Made by a program: the position numbers and the translations under genes. A stretch of 64,000 bases of DNA from a virus. Location: positions 1 through 64,000 of the IMG/VR virus record IMGVR_UViG_3300032180_000001. One strand, 5' to 3'. Shown here piece after piece: positions 25,572 through 34,290 of this stretch (position 1 is the first letter of the stretch; each line of letters opens with the position of its first letter). The notes under the pieces are model-generated. The model did no database searches. It saw only the letters and a list, made by a program, of their open reading frames with translations, and was not told the DNA's origin.

Positions 25572-25885
25572 TTTACTTCCGCCACCTCTGAGAACCGGGG
25601 TATGACCTGCCGGTCCGGGACAGCCAAGCGGCCGACCATCGCCAGCGTAATCAGGGCGTCCTGCCAGATGACATCCTTGCTCAGGCACTCCACCCCAAGG
25701 ATGCGGTCGTCAGCGTCGAGGTCGACGAGCAGGCTGTCGGTCACCTGAACGGTGCGCGCGACGGTGCCCTTTCGCAGGTACGCATAGCCGCCGTACGGCC
25801 CATCCTGCACGTAAGAAACAGCATCGGTCACTTCAGACCTCCGAAAATCTGTTCTACTATGCGCCTGTCTTGACCCATGCTTCAC
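25559..25885 (-). CDS. DUF2283-like protein
   Basis: YAYL...VARTVQVTDSLLVDLDADDRILGVECL. Confidence 0.7.
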   Translation of the reverse strand: MKHGSRQAHSRTDFRRSEVTDAVSYVQDGPYGGYAYLRKGTVARTVQVTDSLLVDLDADDRILGVECLSKDVIWQDALITLAMVGRLAVPDRQVIPRFSEVAEVKWQA

Positions 25886-26601
25886 AGTACTCCACCCAGC
25901 AACTCGCGTACAAGATCTTCACGGACGATTCGCTCTAGCCTACTGCCAGGCTGACTGTAGCGAGCGAGCATCTCGACAGCCCATAGAATCTTGTCCCCCA
26001 CCCGCTGCCCCTGCGGCTGGCTCGTACTCCACAGCTCCAGGTTCTCCGGACGGTTGTCGTCCCTGACACCGTTGATATGATGAACATTTTCATCAGTAAA
26101 AAGCTCTCGGCCAAGCATCTGCTCCATGATGATTCGGTGTTCTTGCACTACAACGCATTGGCCGTCCGACAAATACCAGCGCCAGGATGCGTAACGCGTA
26201 GATGCACTAATTTGACGCACAGGGCAGCCACACTGAGATTCCTTTCCTCTAAAAGGGCTCTTGGGTATATCTATAACCTCAGCCTCATGCCCACAGCGTG
26301 TGTCTTTCGCTAGATAATACCAGCCTCCGGCGTTCCTGCGCAAAGCCTTTATTATAATAAATACACCTACCTTTTCTCCATCAGACAGGCGAGGAGGACC
26401 ATTTTTTGATTTAAGCACATCGTTGCAGGTTATACAGCGCCTGGACCCCCCTCTTTTTATAGTGCCTAGCTGTACCCAGCGTTCTTTACCGCAGTCACAA
26501 CAGGCTGCCAGAACGCATCTGTCATGACGCTTAGGCAACTGCACCATCAAAATTTTAATACCCAGAATTTCTTCCGGTACGTACAGGCTGGGTCTGCTCA
26601 C
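25882..26601 (-). CDS. HNH homing endonuclease
   Basis: EHRIIMEQMLGREL...VHHINGVRDDNRPENLELW. Confidence 0.9.
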   Translation of the reverse strand: MSRPSLYVPEEILGIKILMVQLPKRHDRCVLAACCDCGKERWVQLGTIKRGGSRRCITCNDVLKSKNGPPRLSDGEKVGVFIIIKALRRNAGGWYYLAKDTRCGHEAEVIDIPKSPFRGKESQCGCPVRQISASTRYASWRWYLSDGQCVVVQEHRIIMEQMLGRELFTDENVHHINGVRDDNRPENLELWSTSQPQGQRVGDKILWAVEMLARYSQPGSRLERIVREDLVRELLGGVL

Positions 26602-26620
26602 TGTTACTATTCCTAATTGG

Positions 26621-28381
26621 TCACCCTCCCAGTAGTTCTTTCACTACCCGGGGGTCACGCACGAGTTCTGAAAGTTTTTTCGCCTTCGATTTTAGCGCAG
26701 TTCTGACGTGACTGTCAACAGTACCCTTAGCCACTATGTCTATAATCTCAACACAGGTGTTTTTCTGTCCCAGGCGATGAAGACGATCTTCAATCTGGAT
26801 TGATTCGTCGAGTTTCCATGAGCGCTGGAGGACGACTGCCGTTCCCGCTGCGGTGAGCGTGATGCCCAGGCCGCCCGCGCCTGCTGTGGCAAGGATGAGA
26901 TCCAGTTCCCCGGCCTGAAACGCGGCGATGTCATCCTTCCGGTTCTTCGCGCTTGCTGTTCCGGTGATGTACCCGCATCGGTAGCCAGCCTTCTCGCACG
27001 CGACTCCGGCGATGTCGATGAGTTGCCTGCTGTTAGCGAAAACAGCCGTCGGAGCGCAGGATCCCGGCCTCTTCCCGGGTCGCTCGGCGAGGATGCCCAG
27101 CAGGGCGTCTACTTTCCAGGATGGGCTCTTGAGCGTCACGTCGTACTTCTTGGTCTCCTGGCCTAGTTCGTTCAGCTCGACGGAAACAGCTACGTCGAAC
27201 GCGGACGAGGCGAGCTGCGAGAGCCGGGTCAGCTGGGCGAGAACACTCATGACGGGCAGTTCCCCTCCATCAGGAAGCTGAGCTAGCATCTCCTCAGCGA
27301 GAGTATCGTATGCCTTTCGCCATTCCTTCGGTAGTTCAACTCGGCGAACTGAATAGACTTTAGGTGGCAACTGGTCAAGCACGTCTGCTTTTGAGACGCG
27401 GCGCATCTGCCCTTGCGTGATAATGCGGAATTCCGGCTCAGCGAGTGGGTTCAGCCCTTCGATCACTTCTCCATAATCACTGGCCGTAGTAAGAAGATAA
27501 CGTTTTACGAATCTCTCACGGGACGGATACGACTCCGGTTCCATGGCGGCAAGCACGGGGAAGATGTCTCCAGAATCGCGGGTGATCGGTGTTCCAGTGA
27601 GCGCGATGAAATTTCTCGCATGCCGTGATATGCTGCGCAAGGCTATCGAGCGGCCACTCTGAACGTTTTTCAGAGCATGGGCCTCATCCGTAACAACGGT
27701 AACAGGCTTCATTTTCCTCGCCAGTACGTCTGAATCAATCCGGGCAGTGGCGTAAGTTGTCAGCAGGATGTCAGCGTCTAGTTTTTCCGCTCGCCTCGGA
27801 CCGCCGTACATCACCGGTTCCGGCCATTCAGGTGCCCACATGGCTATCTCCCGGCCGAGAGCGTCCGCCACGTCCCAGCTGGGGGACACGATGAGTGCCG
27901 GGAAGATTCCGTGCCCCAGGAGCTGCCTGATCTTCAGCCCGAGGATCGTCGAGCAGCCCTTTCCGGTTCCGGGCTCATCTAGCAAAAGAAACTTTCCAGA
28001 CATCCCAATCATTCGTGCGGCGTCAAGTTGGTAAGGGCGTGGGGTCAGTCCTTCAGGCCATGATGGCGTTGCGCTCGACGGCGTATGTCGCCAGCTGAAC
28101 TCCTCGACGATCCACTTCTGCAATTCTGCCTGCGGCATCCATTGACCAGTCAGCTCCGAGCCATTAAACGTCATCGCCAATTGCGTAATCGTCGCCCACG
28201 TGCACGGCCCTCGGAGCGCACCGGGCGGGTCTGTTTTCTTAAATGCTGCTGTACAATGACGAAGAGCTTTCGCCGCTGCCGCCACCTCGTGATCATCGCC
28301 AGTGGCAATCAGGATGATGTGCTGGCCGTCTCTCGTTCGTTCGGCTACGATTCCCGCTGTCATATGATCACCGTCGCCCAT
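26621..28381 (-). CDS. SNF2-family (SF2) helicase
   Basis: LLLDEPGTGK, VTDEAH, ALTGTP, RRVSK, AGGLGITL, QIEDRLHRLGQ. Confidence 0.9.
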   Translation of the reverse strand: MGDGDHMTAGIVAERTRDGQHIILIATGDDHEVAAAAKALRHCTAAFKKTDPPGALRGPCTWATITQLAMTFNGSELTGQWMPQAELQKWIVEEFSWRHTPSSATPSWPEGLTPRPYQLDAARMIGMSGKFLLLDEPGTGKGCSTILGLKIRQLLGHGIFPALIVSPSWDVADALGREIAMWAPEWPEPVMYGGPRRAEKLDADILLTTYATARIDSDVLARKMKPVTVVTDEAHALKNVQSGRSIALRSISRHARNFIALTGTPITRDSGDIFPVLAAMEPESYPSRERFVKRYLLTTASDYGEVIEGLNPLAEPEFRIITQGQMRRVSKADVLDQLPPKVYSVRRVELPKEWRKAYDTLAEEMLAQLPDGGELPVMSVLAQLTRLSQLASSAFDVAVSVELNELGQETKKYDVTLKSPSWKVDALLGILAERPGKRPGSCAPTAVFANSRQLIDIAGVACEKAGYRCGYITGTASAKNRKDDIAAFQAGELDLILATAGAGGLGITLTAAGTAVVLQRSWKLDESIQIEDRLHRLGQKNTCVEIIDIVAKGTVDSHVRTALKSKAKKLSELVRDPRVVKELLGG

Positions 28382-28620
28382 TCGTGCTCGATCGGGTACA
28401 TGGCGCCAAAACCGTCGACGGGGCCTGCCTCCAGAATCGGTTCCGACAGCGCTAGACACATCAAGTTCGCAACATCAGTCATTGCTCGGAAGACCCATCT
28501 CGATACGATGGCATGGTCGCGGCCCGAATAGACGGTCATGTTCATCTCGCCATTGTCAAGGAGCCGCTGCCGGTCCTCGGGGTACATTGCGATGCGCATC
28601 AGATCATCACCGTCGCCCAC
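28360..28620 (-). CDS. hypothetical protein ending AMYPIEHEWATV
   Basis: ORF track; both ends lie in copies of a repeated junction. Confidence 0.55.
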   Translation of the reverse strand: MGDGDDLMRIAMYPEDRQRLLDNGEMNMTVYSGRDHAIVSRWVFRAMTDVANLMCLALSEPILEAGPVDGFGAMYPIEHEWATVII

Positions 28621-29290
28621 TCATACTCATGCTCGATCGGGTACATGGCGCAGACCGGGAATTCCGAGTTTTTCCGGAAGTCATTTTTAATCCACTTCCT
28701 CGTTAGCCAGGTAAATCTGGGGGAAATTTAGTAGCGCATAATCCCCCCAGGCCTTTCGTGCAGCAGCGTCGTAGGCTTGCGCTGCATCTTCTTCAAGGAT
28801 GAACCGGCCAAGATTATATCGCTTCCAGTTAATTTTGATATCTGCACGCCATTTTTTATTAACTTTGTCCCAAGAAACGCCTTTGTACGAGGAGGTAAAT
28901 CCAAGCGTGGCTCGCTGATTTGCTTGATTCTGCTTCTGCCCAGCTGGTCGCAGATTACATCTCCGATTATCCAGTCCGTTATGATTTTGATGATCGATAC
29001 CTGTACGGATATTCAAGATCAGAACGTGCATGGAAATGGTGGTATTAACGCCGTTGGCATTTCGGATAATTGTTATTGCATAGGGACCGGCTATCCTTCC
29101 GGAAGCTAGTTCTCGCTCTCTCACATACCACTTATATTGACTGACCAGCGGGTAGTCCTCGTCATCAATCAGGGCGACGCGCCCGGCGGCCTTCTTGCCA
29201 TGCAGGGGTATTTCTTTCATATAGTCACCGTAGCCCACGCGTGCTCGATCGGGTACATGGCGCAGATCGGGAATTCGGAATCTTTCCTAA
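28362..29290 (-). repeat. three diverged copies (near 28362, 28601, 29221) of a dual-frame junction module
   Basis: tcaccgt.gccca...tgctcgatcgggtacatggcgc; reads AMYPIEH.WATV* in one frame and (M/V)G(D/Y)GD.M in another. Confidence 0.85.
28687..29238 (-). CDS. HNH-AP2 homing endonuclease
   Basis: IDHQNHNGLDNRRCNLR; SSYKGVSW...KWRADI...LGRF..EEDAAQAYD. Confidence 0.9.
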   Translation of the reverse strand: MGYGDYMKEIPLHGKKAAGRVALIDDEDYPLVSQYKWYVRERELASGRIAGPYAITIIRNANGVNTTISMHVLILNIRTGIDHQNHNGLDNRRCNLRPAGQKQNQANQRATLGFTSSYKGVSWDKVNKKWRADIKINWKRYNLGRFILEEDAAQAYDAAARKAWGDYALLNFPQIYLANEEVD

Positions 29291-29474
29291 TGTGCCACCA
29301 GATTCTGCATCGCGGGCACCAGCCGCCAGGCTGCCAGGTTCCGTACGGGTGGATGCGGACGGTTCCCCCGGCATCGAGTGCGAGAAAGTTCAGGCAGTCA
29401 GGGCAGATGCCTTCCGACAGTGCGGCAACATCCTGCTTGTGCCTTGGGCGGTAAACAGCAGCGGGGGTAATCAT
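29217..29474 (-). CDS. zinc-finger hypothetical protein ending AMYPIEHAWATV
   Basis: CPDC...CPRC. Confidence 0.5.
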   Translation of the reverse strand: MITPAAVYRPRHKQDVAALSEGICPDCLNFLALDAGGTVRIHPYGTWQPGGWCPRCRIWWHIRKDSEFPICAMYPIEHAWATVTI

Positions 29475-29647
29475 TCTGCGGCCTCTCCCGGGCATGCATC
29501 CGCGTGCACCGCGATCTGGTCGAGAAGCTGCTGCACGCTGCTGCCGGGATACCAGCCCAGGGTCAGCTTGCAGGCAGGGCACCGGGCACCAGGCGGCAGC
29601 GTGACCAGCCACTCGTTCAGGCCACGGGGGCGCTTACCGATCATCTC

Positions 29648-30004
29648 TCACCTGAATTCGTAGTCCGCGAAAAAACAGCCCTGGTCGCGCCATTGCTGCT
29701 TTGACAGGTTGGGGTGATAGTGACGGAACCGTGCGTCATCACGCCGGATCAGCTTATCGTCACCGTCAACCATCGGCAGCCAGCTTTCCACCAGTTCCAG
29801 AAAATCATCAATGTCCAGTTCGTGCGAGTACTCGTCCTGAATGAACGCGAAGGTGTCGAGCTGCCGCAGCCATGTCTGGATTCCGATGATGCCCTCGGCC
29901 CGGTTACCCCGGAACAGGAATTCCCAGCCGCCCGCCGACTGGCCGAGCAGCGTCCGCCGGTCGTAGACTTCGTCGGTGTTATATCCGTAATAAACGGTGC
30001 TCAT
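29648..30004 (-). CDS. hypothetical phage protein
   Basis: LGQSAGGWEFLF...IQDEY...YEFR. Confidence 0.6.
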   Translation of the reverse strand: MSTVYYGYNTDEVYDRRTLLGQSAGGWEFLFRGNRAEGIIGIQTWLRQLDTFAFIQDEYSHELDIDDFLELVESWLPMVDGDDKLIRRDDARFRHYHPNLSKQQWRDQGCFFADYEFR

Positions 30005-30200
30005 TTTTTCCTCCCTTAGGATTCCATAGTACGATCTCAAACGGCGTGAACGACACGCGTACCACTTGGTTCATCCAGGCGCCGCACGGGCAGTGAACTA
30101 CTTGCGCGTATCCATACCACCGGTGCCCGCAGTTCCGGCAGGCCCAGGCTGGGTTCATCAGCTCCTCCCACAGCGCTCTTCTTGTCATGCGGGCCTCCAC
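29979..30200 (-). CDS. zinc-ribbon protein with IVLW tag variant
   Basis: CRNCG...CPCG...FEIVLWNP. Confidence 0.55.
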   Translation of the reverse strand: MEARMTRRALWEELMNPAWACRNCGHRWYGYAQVVHCPCGAWMNQVVRVSFTPFEIVLWNPKGGKNEHRLLRI

Positions 30201-30415
30201 AACACGATCTTCAGCCGGGTTTCCGGAACCTCCCGGATCTCATGCATCCGCGTCCCGCAGCCGGGGCAGCTGATCGCCCGCACCCGGGAGAATGACTCGT
30301 ACTGCCAATTGCAGCCGGGGCATTCCCAGGTCTTGCAGAGGTGCCGAGTCAATTGCTCCAGGCAGGTAAACCTTCTCGCGCATCCTATGCATTCATAGGG
30401 CAGAACGGTATTCAC
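30185..30415 (-). CDS. zinc-finger protein with IVLW tag variant
   Basis: CIGC...HLC...CPGC...CPGCG...TRLKIVLWRPA. Confidence 0.6.
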   Translation of the reverse strand: MNTVLPYECIGCARRFTCLEQLTRHLCKTWECPGCNWQYESFSRVRAISCPGCGTRMHEIREVPETRLKIVLWRPA

Positions 30416-30780
30416 GCCGGCACCAGGTTTCCGTCGCGCAGCCAGTAGTGGCCCTCCGGGCAGGTGCCGTTCCTCCAGCCGGGGCAGCCGAGTGATGGGG
30501 TGAGCGTCGGCGCCTCTGCCGTGCCGGTGTTTACCCAGCGGGGGTCGTCCCAGCCGGACACTGGTACCTCGCCGATCTTCCCGTAGTGCCAGCGGGCGCA
30601 GCCGGGGCAGAGCCAGGAGAATCCGCCGTCGTGCCAGCAAAGCAGCGCGGTTCCCCGCCAGATAAGCTCGGCCTGCTCGAAGTTGTCGCGGGAGACGTGC
30701 GGGTCGGTGGCGTGAAAGCGCTTGTTCCGGGCGGCCATGTCCGCGAGCGACAGCACCTGAACCCTCATGCGGGTCTCCAC
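30412..30780 (-). CDS. Cys/His protein resembling DUF6527
   Basis: CPGC...RWVNTGTAEAPTLTPSLGC...GHYWLRDG. Confidence 0.5.
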   Translation of the reverse strand: METRMRVQVLSLADMAARNKRFHATDPHVSRDNFEQAELIWRGTALLCWHDGGFSWLCPGCARWHYGKIGEVPVSGWDDPRWVNTGTAEAPTLTPSLGCPGWRNGTCPEGHYWLRDGNLVPA

Positions 30781-31091
30781 GGCACCACGACCAGCCGGTA
30801 CGGGCTCAGGAAGATCTTGTACGGGTCACCGCTCTCGGCAACCGCTTTAGCCTGCTCTTCCGTGATGTCTAGGATAACGGTCACGGTGTTGTTCGGGTGT
30901 CTCTCCACTTCGGTAACGAAATCTTGCTGATGCAGGAACCATGCTTCTTCCGGGGTCACGCATAGCTTCAGCGACCAGGTTGAATAGCCGGGAATCGACG
31001 CCACCGCTTGGCCCAGATAACTGACGTTGATCCGGTCGGAGGAGAAGTTCAGCACCCACTCCCGCGGTCTCCGGCCGCGCAAGCGCGCCAT
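30765..31091 (-). CDS. VPW-tag protein
   Basis: LDITEEQA...SGDPYKIFLSPYRLVVVPWRPA. Confidence 0.65.
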   Translation of the reverse strand: MARLRGRRPREWVLNFSSDRINVSYLGQAVASIPGYSTWSLKLCVTPEEAWFLHQQDFVTEVERHPNNTVTVILDITEEQAKAVAESGDPYKIFLSPYRLVVVPWRPA

Positions 31092-31239
31092 CAGTCGGGC
31101 GCCCGGAACATACCCTGGTCGCGCATCACCGCGATGGACTCCTCGACGGAACCTTCGTCCAGGCCCTCATCCCGGAGCAGGCTGCGCGTCTCGGCGACCA
31201 GGATCTCGTCATCTTCGGGCGTTCCGCATAGTTCGCACA

Positions 31240-31419
31240 TCAGCTATCCTCCTCGACGGAACTATTATCAATCAGGGTCTTATCATCCTCGGGCGCCTGC
31301 TGCTCTTCTCGGTGAGCCTGCTCGTACGCCTCGATGATCCTGCGCCGGGCCGTGGTGTACTTTTCTCCCGTTTCCAGCATCCGCTGACGGGCTGCCTTCT
31401 TGAGCCGGTTGTTTGTCAT
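31240..31419 (-). CDS. small basic/acidic hypothetical protein
   Basis: MTNNRLKKAARQRMLETGEKYTTARR... (manual translation). Confidence 0.5.
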   Translation of the reverse strand: MTNNRLKKAARQRMLETGEKYTTARRRIIEAYEQAHREEQQAPEDDKTLIDNSSVEEDS

Positions 31420-31428
31420 TGTTACTCC

Positions 31429-31626
31429 TTAGAGACGAGCGAGATGGCTGAAGAACCATTCGAGACGCTGCTCTAGTGCCTGAAGACGATCTTTCAGTGC
31501 CTCGTTTTCCTGCTGAAGCTCCAGGATCGCATGGGGGATGTTCTCCGCGATGACTACCTCCCGACGCGCTCGCTCATCCGGTGGTATCCAGGGCGGGTCG
31601 GGAACGGCACGCAGTTCGTAACTCAT
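31429..31626 (-). CDS. coiled-coil hypothetical protein
   Basis: ORF track. Confidence 0.5.
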   Translation of the reverse strand: MSYELRAVPDPPWIPPDERARREVVIAENIPHAILELQQENEALKDRLQALEQRLEWFFSHLARL

Positions 31627-31955
31627 GTTTCCTTCTCCTTTTTCTGCGGTGTCCAGGGCACGACCTTCAGCTGGTACCGCGGGAACGAGTCGCCGATCAG
31701 GGTCATGTCGTAAGTATCACCGGCCTGGTTGTATTCGCCGAGCTGGTAGGTAACCGTCGCGTTGACGCCGGTAAAGGTAATGGCGACCGGGCCGTCGGGC
31801 CTGTTCAGTTCTAGCGCGACGAAGGGTCCCTGCCGCCCGAGTATCTGACTAAGCCACAGGCTGCGGAACAGCTCGCCGCTTATTCTCGTTTCTGGATCGG
31901 CACGCGTGATGAAGATCTTGTCGTTGAATCTTCGGAACTCGCAGAAGCCTGTCAT
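31623..31955 (-). CDS. VPW-tag protein, tandem paralog of 31952..32251
   Basis: FITRADPET...ITFTGVNATVTY...FPRYQLKVVPWTP. Confidence 0.7.
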   Translation of the reverse strand: MTGFCEFRRFNDKIFITRADPETRISGELFRSLWLSQILGRQGPFVALELNRPDGPVAITFTGVNATVTYQLGEYNQAGDTYDMTLIGDSFPRYQLKVVPWTPQKKEKET

Positions 31956-32251
31956 GCTGGCCTCCACGGCACGATCTCTAGCCGGTACCGCGGGAACGGG
32001 TCACCGAGGAGGATCATCTTGAAAGTGTCACTGGCCAGGTCATATTCGCCGACTCGGTAGGTGACTGTCTGGTTCACGCCTGCGAAAGTGATCGTCCAGT
32101 CTTGCGGGAATCCGTCTAGGACTACCTTAACGGCCGGATGCGGGTTATCCCGGAAGCTCCGCAGCAGGTCGAGGGTGATCGTCGTTTCCGGATCGGCACG
32201 GGTGATGAAAACCTGGCCGTTGCGTTTTTCAAGTACGATGTCGCCTGTCAT
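31952..32251 (-). CDS. VPW-tag protein, tandem paralog of 31623..31955
   Basis: FITRADPET...ITFAGVNQTVTY...FPRYRLEIVPWRPA. Confidence 0.7.
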   Translation of the reverse strand: MTGDIVLEKRNGQVFITRADPETTITLDLLRSFRDNPHPAVKVVLDGFPQDWTITFAGVNQTVTYRVGEYDLASDTFKMILLGDPFPRYRLEIVPWRPA

Positions 32252-32420
32252 CAGCTCTCGCCCCCGTATCTCTTTCTACTCTTCTTCCTCGGCCTCGTCG
32301 ATCAGGCCAGTCGGGCTGTCAGCATCGCGAGCACACGGCGCCCAGCGCGCCCGGCCTTCCCAGACTAGATGGCATCCCCGACAGGCGGGGTAGGGATGAG
32401 CACACACGGCACCTTCCGAG

Positions 32421-32462
32421 AAAGAACCGGCCCGGTCACGACGGGGGGCGCAACCGGGCCGG
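32421..32462 (-). terminator. intrinsic terminator after the SSB-like gene
   Basis: 10-bp stem CCGGCCCGGT/ACCGGGCCGG followed by TTCTTT on the minus strand. Confidence 0.6.
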
Positions 32463-32483
32463 AGTCTCTAGGTTAGCAGTAGA

Positions 32484-33494
32484 TCAGCCTTGGCCGGTGA
32501 GAGCCCTGAGCCTCTCCTGCTGCTCTGGTGTCAGATCGCTAGGCATCGCCATCTGAGGCTGCTGTTGCTGAGCCTGCGGCGGGGCTGGTGCGTACTGGGG
32601 CTGAGCCTGCGGTGGAGCCGGCGCATAAGCAGTGGGTGGTAGAGGCGGCTGAGGCGCCTGGAACTGTGCCTGCGGCGGTGCGTACTGCTGAGCCTGCTGA
32701 GCTGGTGCCTGCGGCGGCGGTGCGTATCCCGCCTGGGGCTGCCCGTACTGCGCGACCTGCTCTTGCGGTGCGTACTGAGCGGGCGCTGGCGGCGCGAACT
32801 GCTGAGGCGGAGGCGGTGGTGCCTGCTGCACGGGAGGTGCCTGAGCGGGTGCCTGGCCGTTGCCGTTCGCATTAACCGGCCGCTGGTAAGTAACGGCCTT
32901 GATCTTCTGCGGCGACATGTTCGGCACCGGCCGGTCGCCCGTGTACGTAACGGTGATCAGCGCGCCTGCTTCCGGCGGGGGCATGTGCCCGTTCACCGGG
33001 GGAACGCCCGCAGCCTCCATCGCGCGCTCGAGTTCCGCCCGCTCAGTGCCCTTGACGTACCAGGTCGCCCGGCCATCCGGAAACTCCTGGGTCGGCGCGA
33101 GGGAGAGCGGTATAATCATTATCCACTTGGGTGAGCCATCGGGATGGAACAGCGGCCGCTTCGAGTTCATCTCGGTCTGCTGCTGAATATCGGCACTCGT
33201 TATCGTACGGGCGACGTAGCCGCTGTAGGCGGTACCGAACGGCTTGTTCTGAAACGAGATCGATTTGCCACTGGCAGCAGGCTGTTCATAAAAGTCGTCA
33301 ACATTGCCCTTGGCTAGGGGTGGTGCCTGAGGTGCCTGCGGTTGAGGCGGACCATAGGCAGGCGGGGGCGGCGGCGGATATCCGTAACCCGGCGGTGCCT
33401 GCGGCGGGTACTGAGCACCAGGCGGGGGGTACAGTGGTGCCTGCGGCGGATAGGCAGGCTGTTGCGGCTGGTAAGGGGGGTTCGGGTACGTCAC
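32484..33494 (-). CDS. actinophage ssDNA-binding-like protein with Pro/Gln-rich termini
   Basis: Core DGSPKW...WYVKG...GALITVTYTG...KAVTY resembles actinophage SSB-type proteins. Confidence 0.55.
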   Translation of the reverse strand: MTYPNPPYQPQQPAYPPQAPLYPPPGAQYPPQAPPGYGYPPPPPPAYGPPQPQAPQAPPLAKGNVDDFYEQPAASGKSISFQNKPFGTAYSGYVARTITSADIQQQTEMNSKRPLFHPDGSPKWIMIIPLSLAPTQEFPDGRATWYVKGTERAELERAMEAAGVPPVNGHMPPPEAGALITVTYTGDRPVPNMSPQKIKAVTYQRPVNANGNGQAPAQAPPVQQAPPPPPQQFAPPAPAQYAPQEQVAQYGQPQAGYAPPPQAPAQQAQQYAPPQAQFQAPQPPLPPTAYAPAPPQAQPQYAPAPPQAQQQQPQMAMPSDLTPEQQERLRALTGQG

Positions 33495-33511
33495 TTGAAC
33501 GGCCTTTCTTT

Positions 33512-34051
33512 TCAGTTGACTGATTCGGAGATAAGTGCTGACTGTTCACCTGGGAATGGGAAGTTGAACCGAGCATATTCACCCCAAGCTTTCCGCGCTG
33601 CTTCATCGTAGGCTCGTGCGGCGTCTTCCTCTACAGCAAAGGATCCAAGCGAGGACAGTTTTCCGTTGATCCGGATGCGTGCCCGCCACTTATTCCGCCG
33701 ATGCTCGAAAGAGAGCCCTTTGAACCGCGATGCACGACTAAGATGAGGACGCCTGTTAGCGCTGCTCATATTTGGGTCTGCCGTACGCAGGTTCGACCGC
33801 TGATTGTTCAGGCCGTAGCAGTCATGATGGTCGATCCCCGCCTGCCCCATGATGAGACAGTGCATGAAAATGGTGGTACGTCGTCCGTTACGGTAGATAT
33901 GAGCTATCGCATAGGGACCGTTATCCCGGCGGCCTGGAACCTTCATCTCCCAGATACGCCACCGGTACTGACTGGCGAGCGGGTAGTCTTCGTCGTCAAC
34001 CAGCGCGACGCGCCCTGCGGCCTTGGCTCCGTAGAGGGGAACAGTCTTCAT
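33512..34051 (-). CDS. HNH-AP2 homing endonuclease, paralog of 28687..29238
   Basis: PLYGAKAAGRVALVDDEDY; IDHHDCYGLNNQRSNLR; SRFKG...KWRARI. Confidence 0.9.
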   Translation of the reverse strand: MKTVPLYGAKAAGRVALVDDEDYPLASQYRWRIWEMKVPGRRDNGPYAIAHIYRNGRRTTIFMHCLIMGQAGIDHHDCYGLNNQRSNLRTADPNMSSANRRPHLSRASRFKGLSFEHRRNKWRARIRINGKLSSLGSFAVEEDAARAYDEAARKAWGEYARFNFPFPGEQSALISESVN

Positions 34052-34167
34052 CTTGTCCTTGCTGACTGTGCTTGACTCTGATGCTCATGCTTGAACCTTG
34101 AACCGGGATAATTTCGGCTCGGGAGGCTCACGTTACGCCGTGGTCTGTGTAGCCTGCAAGACCAGAT

Positions 34168-34197
34168 TTGACAGTCTCTTAGAGTCTCTGCTACTGT
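34168..34197 (+). promoter_or_regulatory. sigma70/HrdB-type promoter at the start of the plus-strand block
   Basis: TTGACA-18 nt-TACTGT with TG extended -10. Confidence 0.6.
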
Positions 34198-34290
34198 CGT
34201 TTCGTCCCGTCAGACACGGCGGGATAAGGCAATCACACCTTTAACAGGCTGCGCGGCGAGAACCGCAAAGCCGAAAGCGAGCAAGCACTG

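Noticed and set aside
4254-32251. VPW motif as a DNA recombination site (attC/shufflon-like)
   Set aside because: Third codon positions vary freely and there is no conserved palindrome or recombinase nearby; conservation is at peptide level
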